The notes: generated by a model not told the origin, from the letters alone. Shown: positions 28,119 to 37,847, numbered from the stretch's first letter. The stretch: 64,000 nt of DNA from an uncultured Chloroflexia bacterium (GCA_963797095.1 CAWCNY010000003.1:640001-704000), one strand, 5' to 3'. Made by a program: numbers and translations.

Positions 28119-29117
28119 ATGAACAAGATAGCAATCCATGGTTTCGGAAGAATCGGCAGGCTTGCCACCAGGTCTGCCCTCGCCAAATCACTTTTCGCTC
28201 CCGTTTCCATATCGGATATCACCGACTTGCCCACCCTCGCCGCCCTCTTTAAGGCCGACTCGAACTATGGCCTCTGGCCTGAGCAGGTAACTTCAACAGC
28301 CGACACCCTCGTGATCGGCGACAGAAACATCGCTTACTTCAACACCAAAGATGCCCTGCCCGATTGGGGCGCGCTCGGCATCGACGTAGTAATAGATTGC
28401 ACCGGCAGAGCCACCAGGCGAGCCGGGGCGCAAGCCCATCTCGACAACGGCGCGAAGAAGGTGCTGGTCAGCGCCGCCAGCAAGACCATCGAGGATTGCG
28501 ACGCAGTAATCCTGCCCGGCATCAACTTCGAAACATACAGCCATGCCGACCACCGGATCGTGAGCATGGGTAGCTGCACGACCAACGCCCTCGCCCCCGT
28601 TGTCAAGGTGCTGATCGAGAACTTCGGCGTTCAATACGGCTTCTTCTCTACCGTCCACGCCTACACAAACACCCAGTCCCTCACCGACCAGCCAATGAAG
28701 GACCGCCGCAACTCCTGGGCCGCCGCCGAAAACCTCATCCCATCCTCCTCAGGCGCGGCCAAGGCTCTCAAGTTCATCTGGCCCACCCTCAACATCACAG
28801 GCAAAGCCTATCGAGTGCCCGTACGCACAGGCAGCATAGTTGAGTTGAATGTGGTGCTCAACAAAGAAACCTCCGCCGAAGAAGTAAACAACGCCTTCCG
28901 CAAAGCCGCCAACGAAGCCCCTCTAAAGGGCATCATGGACGTACTCGAAGACGAATGGGCCTCCAGCCGCATAGTCGGCGAAACGCATTCCTCCCTGGTC
29001 GACCTGCCACTCACACAGGTCCTGGGAGGCAAGATGCTTTCAGTTGCCGCCTGGTACGACAACGAAATGGCATACGCCACCCGCCTGGCCGAGATGGCCG
29101 TCGCGATTGCCGGGTAA
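28119..29117 (+). CDS. gap: Type I glyceraldehyde-3-phosphate dehydrogenase (divergent paralog)
   Basis: GFGRIGR, SCTTN, TVHAYT, SGAAKA, RVPV, WYDNE; AAGGAG RBS. Confidence 0.93.
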   Translation: MNKIAIHGFGRIGRLATRSALAKSLFAPVSISDITDLPTLAALFKADSNYGLWPEQVTSTADTLVIGDRNIAYFNTKDALPDWGALGIDVVIDCTGRATRRAGAQAHLDNGAKKVLVSAASKTIEDCDAVILPGINFETYSHADHRIVSMGSCTTNALAPVVKVLIENFGVQYGFFSTVHAYTNTQSLTDQPMKDRRNSWAAAENLIPSSSGAAKALKFIWPTLNITGKAYRVPVRTGSIVELNVVLNKETSAEEVNNAFRKAANEAPLKGIMDVLEDEWASSRIVGETHSSLVDLPLTQVLGGKMLSVAAWYDNEMAYATRLAEMAVAIAG

Positions 29118-29139
29118 GTAAAGCCCCGGTGTTCAGGTA

Positions 29140-29178
29140 GCCCGGGAGGGGTTAGCTAGCGGTTAGCCCCTCCCGGGC
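29140..29178. terminator. GC-rich hairpin after gap
   Basis: GCCCGGGAGGGGTTAGC...GGTTAGCCCCTCCCGGGC; no U-tract. Confidence 0.5.
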
Positions 29179-29201
29179 CGGGATCGAGAATCCCAACCCC
29201 T

Positions 29202-29588
29202 TACCCGGGTGTAACCGCTGTATGCGGGCCCAGTCGCCTGGAAGACGTCAATCAGGATACTCTCACCAACCCCACTCTCATCGCCGAAGTGCTATCCCCT
29301 TCCACCGAAGCCTACGATCGAGGCGAGAAGTTCGCCCGCTACCGCAGATTGCCATCACTCCAGGAATATGTCCTCATCGCCCAGGATCAAGTCCGTGTCG
29401 AACGCTACACGCGCCAGGGCGAAGACTGGCTCCTATCCGAGTTAAGTGACCTCAATAGCACTCTCCATCTCGCCTCAATAAAGTGTGCGATCCCCCTCAG
29501 CGAAATATACAGCAACGTAGACTTCCCAAGCGAACCCATTCCCGCCAGGCCGCGCGAGCCGGGTGCCAATCTCTCACGCGAATCTTGA
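29202..29588 (+). pseudogene. 5'-truncated Uma2/DUF820 PD-(D/E)XK nuclease
   Basis: YPGVTAVCG...NPTLIAEVLSPSTEAYDRGEKF..Y..LPSLQEYVLIAQD; N-terminal part missing and YPD changed to YPG. Confidence 0.8.
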
Positions 29589-29722
29589 TTTAGCATCCTG
29601 CGCGATCTCTTGCTGCGCTCATCCGCTCAGGAGCCCTTGTACTTCAGGCACCTTCGCTACATAATAGAGCAGTCAGCACATGACGAGCGAAGAGCAACCA
29701 CCCACTTTCAAGGAGTGAACCC

Positions 29723-30226
29723 GTGAGCAACCCCAATCCTCCTTCCGGAGGCGATAACCAAAACTGGGCACCACAACCTCCACCGCAACAGCAACCCCAA
29801 CAACCACTACAGCCACAGCAACAGCAACCACAACAACCACTACAGCCACAGCCACAGCCACAGCCACAACCACAGCCACAGCCGCCAATGTACCAGCCAC
29901 CACCCATGTACCAACAGCCGCCCCCGCCCGCAGCACCACCCAGGCCCGCGCCCCAGCTCAACATGCAGAATGTAAACCGCTTCGTCACCAACGTGCCCCA
30001 ACTGGTACGCATACTGCGCTGGATAGCATGGGCCGAATTGATCCTCGTTGCGGGGCTGGCGATCATAGGGTTCTGCAGTAGCTTCGCCTACAGCATCTAC
30101 TACTCCGGAGTAACGGCTTTCACCACCATGGCGGTGGCAGTACTGCAGGCCGCCGTCTTCTGGGGTCTTCTCATGGGCGTCGCTCTCCTGCTCGAAAACC
30201 AGTCAGGCGGGCGTCCCAACCTCTGA
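29723..30226 (+). CDS. Pro/Gln-rich membrane protein
   Basis: AAGGAG RBS before GTG; PQ repeats then two TM helices. Confidence 0.75.
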   Translation: MSNPNPPSGGDNQNWAPQPPPQQQPQQPLQPQQQQPQQPLQPQPQPQPQPQPQPPMYQPPPMYQQPPPPAAPPRPAPQLNMQNVNRFVTNVPQLVRILRWIAWAELILVAGLAIIGFCSSFAYSIYYSGVTAFTTMAVAVLQAAVFWGLLMGVALLLENQSGGRPNL

Positions 30227-30290
30227 TCCTTAATGGCCTGCTTCTTGCATCATGCCCCGACCACGACCCATCACACATGATGCAAGACCC

Positions 30291-31742
30291 ATGAGCAATC
30301 CAGGATCCGAGATCCGAGATCTGAAACCGTACGACGCAATCATCGTAGGCTCCGGCCCCAACGGTCTCGCCGCTGCCATCACTCTTGCGCGTGCCCGCCG
30401 CCGTGTCCTCCTCGTCGAGGGCCATGACACCATAGGCGGCGGTACGCGCACCCTGCCCCTCACCCTCCCCGGCTTTCTGCACGACATCTGCTCCGCCATC
30501 CACCCACTCGGCCTCGGCTCCCCCTTCTTCCGCACCCTCCCACTAGGTCGCTACGGCCTCCAGTGGATCGAGCCGCTTGCCCAGATAGCCCACCCCCTCG
30601 ATGATGGCACAGCCATCCTCCTCCACCGCTCGGTCGATGATACCGCACGCCCTCTTGGACGCGATGCCGCCGCCTACAAACTCCTGATCGGCACTCTCGC
30701 GCGCTCCTGGCCCCAGATCGAGCGCAACGTGCTCGGCCCATTCCGCTGGCCGCGCCACCCCTTCGCCCTGGCCCGCTTCGGCCTCCCTGCCCTCCTCCCA
30801 GCCTCCCTGCTCCTACGCATCGTCTTTCGCGACGAGCGCGCACGCGCCCTGCTGGCAGGCGTCTGCGCCCACTCTATGCTCCCGTTCACCCGACCCGTAA
30901 GCGCCGCAGCAGGTCTTATGCTCGCCATCCTCGGCCACCGCTACGGCTGGCCCCTCCCTATCGGAGGCTCCCAATCGATCGCCAATGCCCTGGCCCGCCA
31001 CTTCCAGGCGCTTGGCGGCGAAATCGTCACGGGCCGGTTCGCCCAATCTCTCAACGATCTCCCACTCGCCCACGCCTATCTCCTCGACGTTAGCCCCTCC
31101 GGCCTGGTAAAGATCGCGGGCAAGCACCTACCCGCACGCTACAAAGAGCGCCTCGGCAGCTACAGATACGGCCCCGGAGTCTTCAAAATAGACTACGCCC
31201 TGAGCGGCCCCGTGCGCTGGCGCGCCCGCGAGTGCTCACTCTCTGCCACAGTCCACCTCGGCGGCACTCTCCCTGAGATCGAGCAGAGCGAAAGCGCCGT
31301 CTGGCATGGCCGCCACCCCGAGCGTCCCTTCGTGCTCGTAGCCCAACAATCCCTCTTCGACCCCACCCGCGCCCCCGAAGGCCGGCACACACTCTGGGCC
31401 TATTGTCACGTCCCAAACGGCTCAACAGTAGATATGACGGCCCAAATAGAATCTCAAGTAGAACGCTTTGCCCCCGGCTTCCGCGACCTAATCCTCGCCC
31501 GCCACACTATGGGCCCCGCACAGGCCGAAGCCTACAATCCCAACTACGTTGGCGGCGACATCAACGCTGGCACCCAGGACATCCTCCAACTTTTCACCCG
31601 TCCCCTCCCACGCCTCGACCCCTACAGCACCCCCAACCCTCGCATCTTCCTCTGCTCCTCCTCCACCCCTCCAGGCGGCGGCGTCCACGGCATGTGCGGC
31701 TACCACGCAGCTCGCTCAGCCCTCCGCAATCACAGAGGCTAG
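30291..31742 (+). CDS. Phytoene dehydrogenase-like FAD-dependent oxidoreductase
   Basis: IIVGSGPNGL, HDICSAIHP, NPNYVGGDI, STPPGGGVHGMCG. Confidence 0.92.
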   Translation: MSNPGSEIRDLKPYDAIIVGSGPNGLAAAITLARARRRVLLVEGHDTIGGGTRTLPLTLPGFLHDICSAIHPLGLGSPFFRTLPLGRYGLQWIEPLAQIAHPLDDGTAILLHRSVDDTARPLGRDAAAYKLLIGTLARSWPQIERNVLGPFRWPRHPFALARFGLPALLPASLLLRIVFRDERARALLAGVCAHSMLPFTRPVSAAAGLMLAILGHRYGWPLPIGGSQSIANALARHFQALGGEIVTGRFAQSLNDLPLAHAYLLDVSPSGLVKIAGKHLPARYKERLGSYRYGPGVFKIDYALSGPVRWRARECSLSATVHLGGTLPEIEQSESAVWHGRHPERPFVLVAQQSLFDPTRAPEGRHTLWAYCHVPNGSTVDMTAQIESQVERFAPGFRDLILARHTMGPAQAEAYNPNYVGGDINAGTQDILQLFTRPLPRLDPYSTPNPRIFLCSSSTPPGGGVHGMCGYHAARSALRNHRG

Positions 31743-31786
31743 AGATTTAGCTATGAAGGCGCTCATATCTCACCACGAACAATAGC

Positions 31787-31814
31787 CACTCGTCACTCGT
31801 CACTCGGCACTCGC
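31787..31814. repeat. 7-bp tandem repeat (CACTCGN)x4
   Basis: Contains the stop codon of the GNAT gene. Confidence 0.85.
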
Positions 31815-32876
31815 CCCATACCTCTCACCCTTCACATACCTTCCGGTAACAGGCACCCACCCCAGCCTCGGCCAGAACGCGTTGGACAGCGGATTCCTCA
31901 AGTGATACGTCAGGCTGTAAGCCTGCACACCCAATGGCTCATAAAAGTGCGTGATCCCCTCCACCAGCGCCCGCCCCACCCCTTTCCCGCGCATATCCGC
32001 CCTCACCCCCGTGCTCCCAATATGGCAATATCGCCCCGGCTTCAACGCCCAACGTCCCCTCAAGTCCGCAGAGCCATTCGCCTCGATGATATACATATAA
32101 GCGATAGATGCGGCTACCGCCTCTCCCCTATATTCCACGACGAAAGCCTGCCGCTCCATCCTGTCTGCCTCCGGCTTGCTTTCCTTCTCCCATATTCGCG
32201 TCAGGATCCCTCGTATCTCGGTTTCAACCGCGGGCACAACCCTCACCGTCGGATCGTAACCCTCATGGAACTTATACTCCTCCACGTGTAACGCCGCTAC
32301 CGCATCTTCATCCTCGCGCCTCACCTGCCTGACGACCAACCCCTCAATCGGCACGCGCGAAGATGGCGGAAGCGCGCCTGCGGGGCGTAACGCCGTCACT
32401 GACACCCACATCCATCCCCGCCTCTCCAACAGGTGCCACACCCACTTCTCGCACACCGGCCTCGTCAGGTTCACCCCCGTAGTCTCCTGCTCGTCCCACC
32501 ACTCCTGCATGCTCGACAACAGCGCTTCCGCCACCACTTCGCGACGTGGCTCATCCTCTCCAGGCAACGCCAGCAGCCTCATCGCCCCGTCCCTGGCTCC
32601 CATAAATGTGAGTCCCTCGCTGTCAGGTGGCAGTGCCCGTACCTCCCCCATCGCACACCCCAGTACCTCGCCCCCGGCCACCGCCACCAGGCTGCACACC
32701 CCAGGCTCAATCGACGCCCCCTCGATTACCCGCCCGATCTGCTCCCCCTCGTGTGGAGCCGACAACCTGGCATCCAACCCATGCCAGCGCGCCTCCTGCC
32801 GCCTGATCAAATCCGCCACCCTCGGCAGATGTGCGCCGCTCATCCTCTCAACATCAACTCCCTGATGAATACCCAT
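31800..32876 (-). CDS. Tandem GNAT-family acetyltransferase
   Basis: GVRADMRGKGVGRALV, NPLSNAFWPRLGW. Confidence 0.85.
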   Translation of the reverse strand: MGIHQGVDVERMSGAHLPRVADLIRRQEARWHGLDARLSAPHEGEQIGRVIEGASIEPGVCSLVAVAGGEVLGCAMGEVRALPPDSEGLTFMGARDGAMRLLALPGEDEPRREVVAEALLSSMQEWWDEQETTGVNLTRPVCEKWVWHLLERRGWMWVSVTALRPAGALPPSSRVPIEGLVVRQVRREDEDAVAALHVEEYKFHEGYDPTVRVVPAVETEIRGILTRIWEKESKPEADRMERQAFVVEYRGEAVAASIAYMYIIEANGSADLRGRWALKPGRYCHIGSTGVRADMRGKGVGRALVEGITHFYEPLGVQAYSLTYHLRNPLSNAFWPRLGWVPVTGRYVKGERYGASAE

Positions 32877-33033
32877 ACCTCACCCCTCCCGGGTCGACGT
32901 ACCTTCCAACCCACCCAACCCGCAACCAACAAGGCCGATCATAATACCCAAGAATACCCCAAAAGGGATCAATTGTGGGGATGGGTTTTACCCATCCCCA
33001 CGCCACCAATTATCCTGCCCCAAGAAACAACAA

Positions 33034-33116
33034 TCGGTAGCCGGTTTGTTCGGCTACCGACTACCGACTACCCACTACCGGCTACCGGCTACCGGCTACC
33101 CACTACCGACTACCGA
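33034..33116. repeat. 7-bp tandem repeat (CTACCGR), about 9 copies, with a short upstream complement
   Basis: tcggtagccgg ... cggctaccgactaccgactacccactaccgg... Confidence 0.9.
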
Positions 33117-33119
33117 AAC

Positions 33120-34079
33120 CTACTTCAAAGCTGCCACGATGGTATCAGTGTCATACCTCATCATCCCGATATACGTCTCCCCGGGCGACCCCGGCTCGCC
33201 CAGCGTATCCCCATACAGCGTATCCACCACCTTCACCCCCGCATCCTGCCCAATCTGCGTCGCCAGCGATGGGTTGATCGAGCTTTCCAGGAAAATGGCC
33301 TTCACATTCTCTGCCTTGATCTTCTGGATCAGGTCGGCCACATCCTGCGCCGAAGGCTGCGCGTCCGTGCTCATCGACGGTATGATCGACCCCACAAAAG
33401 TCAACCCGTACCGGTCGATGTAATACCCGAAAGCATCGTGGTTGGTGACCATCTTGCGCTGGTTCTCCGGCACGGTAGCGATCTGCTGCATGATATAGTT
33501 GTCCAGGTCCTGCAAGTCCTTCAGATACTTATCTGCATTGCTCGTATAAGTGCTTGCATTCGCCCCGTCCACCTTCACCAGCGCATCCCGAATATTGGCC
33601 GTCATCGTCATCGCGTTGGCCGCGCTGAACCAGATGTGGGGGTCCGCGCCCAGCTCGCCTTCTTCTTCGCCCTCCCTGGTAAGCACGCCCTCGCTGACCG
33701 TCACCACCGTCCTGTTTCCGCCCGCGCTATCGATCAACTTATCCACCCAGTCATCCAACCCAACTCCCTGCTTCAGCACCAATCCACTCCGGCTGATCCC
33801 CTCCACGTCGCTAGGCTTCGGCTCAAACTCGTGGGGGTCCGCCCCCGGCGGCAATATCGACCGCACAGTTGCCTTGTCCCCCGCCACCGCCTCCGCCATG
33901 GATCGTATCTGCGTGGTCGTAGCCACCACCACTAACTTAGAACCGCTTGTAGTCGGCGTACCCTCCGGCTGGACGGTCGCCGTTGCATCTGTGCCACAAG
34001 CAGCCAGCAACATCAACATCACAGCCGCGACACTCCGCACACCGGTCCTCGCAACTAATCTAGGATCAAGTCGAGACAT
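33120..34079 (-). CDS. znuA: Zn/Mn ABC transporter substrate-binding lipoprotein (ZnuA/TroA family)
   Basis: LLAAC lipobox, DPHEFEP, DPHIW, HDAFGY. Confidence 0.9.
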   Translation of the reverse strand: MSRLDPRLVARTGVRSVAAVMLMLLAACGTDATATVQPEGTPTTSGSKLVVVATTTQIRSMAEAVAGDKATVRSILPPGADPHEFEPKPSDVEGISRSGLVLKQGVGLDDWVDKLIDSAGGNRTVVTVSEGVLTREGEEEGELGADPHIWFSAANAMTMTANIRDALVKVDGANASTYTSNADKYLKDLQDLDNYIMQQIATVPENQRKMVTNHDAFGYYIDRYGLTFVGSIIPSMSTDAQPSAQDVADLIQKIKAENVKAIFLESSINPSLATQIGQDAGVKVVDTLYGDTLGEPGSPGETYIGMMRYDTDTIVAALK

Positions 34080-34178
34080 AATCATACCTCCAGCCAAGAG
34101 CCTTCATGAATATTAGAGATTTAGTATCAATTATCTCCTAAAGAAAACCGGACAACTTGCGTTCCTCCGGCCATTTAA

Positions 34179-34230
34179 TGATACAACGTATCAATCACAC
34201 GATTGTAGCACGCGCACTCATGCCTGTCAA
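34179..34230 (-). promoter_or_regulatory. Sigma70 promoter with a 7-1-7 Fur/Zur box
   Basis: Minus-strand TTGACA(34230-34225)-17-TACAAT with TG extension; TGATACA-A-CGTATCA at 34179-34193 beside the predicted start site. Confidence 0.75.
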
Positions 34231-34261
34231 GACCCATCCTGGCATCCGGCACCCCAATCTT

Positions 34262-34699
34262 TTACTTCTGGCATTGGGGGCAGATGCCCAGCAGCTCCAA
34301 CCGGTGCCCCTCCACGCGAAAAGCGGTACGTTTCTCGATCTCGCGCACCAGCCCCTCCAGTTCGCGGCCTTCCTTGAAATCTGTCACGCGCCCGCACACA
34401 TTGCAGATCAGGTGGTGGTGGTGTGTCTCGTCACAAGCCAGGTAAGCGTGGCAGCGTCCATCCTCGGCATCCCTATGGATCCTTTGCACCACCCCCAACT
34501 TGCCCATGAGGTCGAGCGTGCGGAACACAGTAGCCCGCCCAACTCCCGGCGCTTTCTCCTGAATGGCCTCCCACAACTCGGCAGACGTAAATGGCGTCCG
34601 CCGGCCAAGTATCTCATCCACAACAGTGCGCCTAGGCTCAGTAGGCCGGTACCCCTCGCCCGCCAATCTCCCCATAACATCGTCTATATCCGGCATCAA
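34262..34699 (-). CDS. zur: Fur-family regulator (Zur-like)
   Basis: GRATVFRTL, HHHHLICNVCG, GICPQC; embedded in the Zn uptake cluster. Confidence 0.88.
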   Translation of the reverse strand: MMPDIDDVMGRLAGEGYRPTEPRRTVVDEILGRRTPFTSAELWEAIQEKAPGVGRATVFRTLDLMGKLGVVQRIHRDAEDGRCHAYLACDETHHHHLICNVCGRVTDFKEGRELEGLVREIEKRTAFRVEGHRLELLGICPQCQK

Positions 34700-34740
34700 T
34701 CTCTCCCTCTATCCATCGCTATCAGACAGTCGGAAACTTT

Positions 34741-34768
34741 CACTCGTCACTCATCACTCGCCACTCGT
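34741..34768. repeat. 7-bp tandem repeat (CACTCRY)x4
   Basis: Contains the permease stop codon. Confidence 0.85.
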
Positions 34769-35635
34769 CCCCGCTATCCTTCGTCCATTATCTACCCGCC
34801 CAAACCTCGCCACTAACCCATGCCGCGGCGCGATCAACAGCGAAACACCGAAGGTCAGCGTCGCCACCAGCACAATCGTTCCACCTGCGGCCAGGTCACC
34901 ATGATAACTCACTAACAATCCTACCACACCCGACCCTGCCCCAAACAACGCGCTGAGCACCATCATCACCTTCAACCTGTCGGTCCAAAGCCGAGCCGCC
35001 GCCGCAGGGGTCACCAGCATAGCCACCACCAGGATGTTACCAACCGCCCTCAACGATACCACAATAGTCAGCGCGATCAGCACCAGCAGGCCCAGGTTTA
35101 TCAACCATACCGGCAAACCCACAGCCTCCGCCATATCGTCATCGAATGACGTAAGCACCAATTCTTTATGAAACAAGATCAGCGCTGCCAGCACCAACAC
35201 CCCAATGATCACACTCGAAACCACATCCTCAATACTCACACCCAGCACCTCCCCAAAAAGGAAGTGCTCAAGCTGAGCCGTGTAGTCACGTACTCCGCTG
35301 ATCAAAACAATGCCCAGCGCGAACATCCCAGCGAACAATACCCCGATGGCCGTATCCTCCGACACCCTCCTGTTGCGCGACACTCCTCCAATCAACACCG
35401 CCGTTATCACGCCGAACAAAAGCGCCCCCACAAAGAAGCTAACATGCAACAGGAAAGCTATCACCACCCCGGGAAAGATAGCATGCGCCAGCGCATCACC
35501 GATAAAGGCCATCCCCCTCAACACAACATAAGTGCCGATAAGCCCGCAGATCAGCCCCATCAGCACAACCTCCAGCATAGCCCTCTGCATAAAGGCGTAC
35601 TGAAGCGGATCGGTTATCCAATTGAATATGTCCAT
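34754..35635 (-). CDS. znuB: Zn/Mn ABC transporter permease (ZnuB family)
   Basis: GDALAHAIFPG, EDTAIG, VGNILVVAMLVTPAAAA; true start MDIFN, upstream ORF extension is repeat-derived. Confidence 0.92.
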   Translation of the reverse strand: MDIFNWITDPLQYAFMQRAMLEVVLMGLICGLIGTYVVLRGMAFIGDALAHAIFPGVVIAFLLHVSFFVGALLFGVITAVLIGGVSRNRRVSEDTAIGVLFAGMFALGIVLISGVRDYTAQLEHFLFGEVLGVSIEDVVSSVIIGVLVLAALILFHKELVLTSFDDDMAEAVGLPVWLINLGLLVLIALTIVVSLRAVGNILVVAMLVTPAAAARLWTDRLKVMMVLSALFGAGSGVVGLLVSYHGDLAAGGTIVLVATLTFGVSLLIAPRHGLVARFGRVDNGRRIAGTSGE

Positions 35636-35643
35636 AAGTTTGT

Positions 35644-35766
35644 GTAGTCGGCAGTCGGCAGTCGGCAGTCGGCAGTCGGTAGTCGGAAAGCAACGAAATA
35701 CGCAGTACGCAGCCAATACTCGCCACTCGCCACTCGCCACTCGCCACTCGCCACTCGCCACTCGTC
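35644..35766. repeat. Two adjacent 7-mer arrays (GYAGTCG)x6 and (ACTCGCC)x6-7
   Basis: Direct inspection; between znuC and znuB. Confidence 0.95.
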
Positions 35767-35781
35767 GCTAGTTCCCCATCC

Positions 35782-36654
35782 TCACAAAACCTTGCTATGC
35801 GTCCCCGGAGGTGGCTGACCACCGGGGTGCCCATGCACATCCGGTATCACCGTATCGATATGCCCATCACCAAGCGAGGGCACCACCAGCGCGTGCCCCC
35901 CATACGTCGCCCGCAACACATCCGCTTGCAGCGCCTCGGCAGGCGTACCGTACGCCACCACCGCATGATTCACCATCACCAGGCGGTCACACCACTCTGC
36001 CGCAAGCTCCAGGTCATGCGTCGCCAGCACAACCGTCCCCCCCTCCTTCCTGACATCCTTGAGCAAGCCCCCTATCGTCTCCTGCGTCCCCGTATCCACC
36101 CCGTTCAAAGGCTCATCGAGTAAAAGCAATCGCCCTTCCTGCGCCAGCGCACGCGCCAGGAACACCCTCTGTTGCTGCCCACCAGAAAGCTGGCTGATCT
36201 GCCTCTCGGCGAAAGCATCCATCCCCACCCGATCCAGCGCATGCGCCACCGCCTGCCGGTCCGCCTGCCCAGCAAACCGTAACGGGCCGATCCGGCGTAT
36301 CCGCCCCATCATCACCACATCCCGCACCGTCACCGGAAAATCCCAGTTGACCACCTCTCGCTGCGGAACATATCCTATCAAGTTGCGCGCCTCAGCCGAC
36401 CGCACCGGAAACCCACCGATCTCCACCCGCCCCGAATACGCTCTCAGCGTCCCCAGCATAGTCTTGATCAACGTCGATTTCCCCGCGCCATTTGGCCCGA
36501 TCACTCCCACGATCAGGCCCCACCCGATCTCCAGGTCGGCCCCCGCCAGCACGGGCGTCTTGTCGTAACCAACCGACACATCTACAAGCCGAACGGCGGG
36601 GCCACCCTTCTGGCTACCACCAGTTGCCGGGCGCAATTGATACTCAGTATCCAT
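35782..36654 (-). CDS. znuC: Zn/Mn ABC transporter ATP-binding protein (ZnuC family)
   Basis: GPNGAGKS, YVPQR, LSGGQQQR, LLDEP; TATAAT 7 nt before ATG suggests a leaderless mRNA. Confidence 0.93.
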   Translation of the reverse strand: MDTEYQLRPATGGSQKGGPAVRLVDVSVGYDKTPVLAGADLEIGWGLIVGVIGPNGAGKSTLIKTMLGTLRAYSGRVEIGGFPVRSAEARNLIGYVPQREVVNWDFPVTVRDVVMMGRIRRIGPLRFAGQADRQAVAHALDRVGMDAFAERQISQLSGGQQQRVFLARALAQEGRLLLLDEPLNGVDTGTQETIGGLLKDVRKEGGTVVLATHDLELAAEWCDRLVMVNHAVVAYGTPAEALQADVLRATYGGHALVVPSLGDGHIDTVIPDVHGHPGGQPPPGTHSKVL

Positions 36655-36687
36655 AAGCCACATTATACCGGATAGATGCCAGGCACG

Positions 36688-36733
36688 CCAATCAAGAAGA
36701 GAGCAGGCCGCGGCCTGCTCTCTTCTTGATTGG
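36688..36733. terminator. Perfect 46-bp palindrome / terminator
   Basis: CCAATCAAGAAGAGAGCAGGCCG|CGGCCTGCTCTCTTCTTGATTGG. Confidence 0.8.
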
Positions 36734-36740
36734 TTTTGCT

Positions 36741-37697
36741 CTATCCCTCGTGCGGCGAAGCAAGGTAATCGCCTGGAGTGCGAGTTGGGGTCACCTGATT
36801 TACCGTTCGCTCCGCTACCCGATCCTCGCGGATACTCCACAGCAACAACCCGGCGAGAACCATGTTCACAATAGCGAAACCAAAGAACAACCCTGCCTCG
36901 ATAGGCGACACCTCCACGCCCGCCAGCATCTGTCCCACGGCCATAGCAGACGTAGCCAATCCCATCGCGACACCATTCATTAGCATCACTGGCGAAAATA
37001 GATACCCGAACAGTGCGCGCCTGAGCAGCAGCACGCCCGTCACAATCGACGTGGGAGCGATAATCCCCAGGTCCAGAGCCTGGATCACAAGCGTAGTGTA
37101 GTTGTCGATGCCCGCCGGAGGCGTAGCGTCGAGCAGAGGCGGCACGATGCGCCCGATCCACATCAGGGCAAGCATCGCCCCCACAAGAATGAGAAAGCTC
37201 CCTATGCTCTTTCTGGGCAATCTGTCCGAAAAATGGTCAGGCAGCATGTTTGCATCTATTGCCAGCAGCGAGAGTACAAATCCGAACAGGCTCAGCGACA
37301 TCAACGCCACATAGATGAGAAAGAACTCATTATAGGTCGTGAGCATGCACATAGAGGTATATGTGTAGAGGAAGTAGCCGAACATACCTGCGAGCAACAC
37401 TTTGCCACGAAGCAAACCGCGGGCGGCAAGCAAGCTTGCGACGATCAGCAAGGGGATGCCAGCAAACAGTGTCACGAAGTCCTGAGCGATCTCTTGAGAG
37501 GCCCCCGATACCGAATCGAGCCTGTAAAGCCCGCCGCCTCCCCACACCTCGACCGTTTGCCCACGCAACGTAGTGAAATCGTAATGGGGAGGAGCAGGCA
37601 ACCCCGGTATCAGCCACAGCGCCCCAGTGCCGGCGGCAATCAACGCTAGCACAGCGATCAACCCCGACAATATCGACAATACTCTTTGCCTATTCAT
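36741..37697 (-). CDS. Polytopic membrane protein, unknown function
   Basis: About 8 hydrophobic segments; GLYRLDS, QDFVTL, VIQALDLG conserved-looking motifs. Confidence 0.8.
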   Translation of the reverse strand: MNRQRVLSILSGLIAVLALIAAGTGALWLIPGLPAPPHYDFTTLRGQTVEVWGGGGLYRLDSVSGASQEIAQDFVTLFAGIPLLIVASLLAARGLLRGKVLLAGMFGYFLYTYTSMCMLTTYNEFFLIYVALMSLSLFGFVLSLLAIDANMLPDHFSDRLPRKSIGSFLILVGAMLALMWIGRIVPPLLDATPPAGIDNYTTLVIQALDLGIIAPTSIVTGVLLLRRALFGYLFSPVMLMNGVAMGLATSAMAVGQMLAGVEVSPIEAGLFFGFAIVNMVLAGLLLWSIREDRVAERTVNQVTPTRTPGDYLASPHEG

Positions 37698-37796
37698 TAC
37701 TTTGACTCCTCTCCATCCATACCTGCCGCACGGCGTTGCTCGATCACACCCAGTTATTCACGATCCCTGCCCGAACTCCCATGCCTGGTTCGGGAC

Positions 37797-37847
37797 GAGC
37801 CATCGGGTAAGTCCTGGTCATATGCCATAAGACTTACCCGATGGCTC
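37797..37847. other. Long inverted repeat
   Basis: GAGCCATCGGGTAAGTC...GACTTACCCGATGGCTC. Confidence 0.7.

Noticed and set aside
29118-29215. Possible tRNA or SRP RNA after gap
   Set aside because: No cloverleaf, T-loop or SRP consensus; only a simple hairpin
29770-29950. CAG/CCA-rich repeats
   Set aside because: Ordinary Pro/Gln low-complexity coding sequence
10774-35766. Tandem arrays as possible CRISPR or guide arrays
   Set aside because: Units are 7-9 bp and contiguous with no unique spacers; no cas genes in the window
35636-37161. Long N-terminal extensions of the znuB and znuC ORFs in the track
   Set aside because: The znuB extension is translated 7-mer repeat; the znuC extension crosses a terminator and another gene
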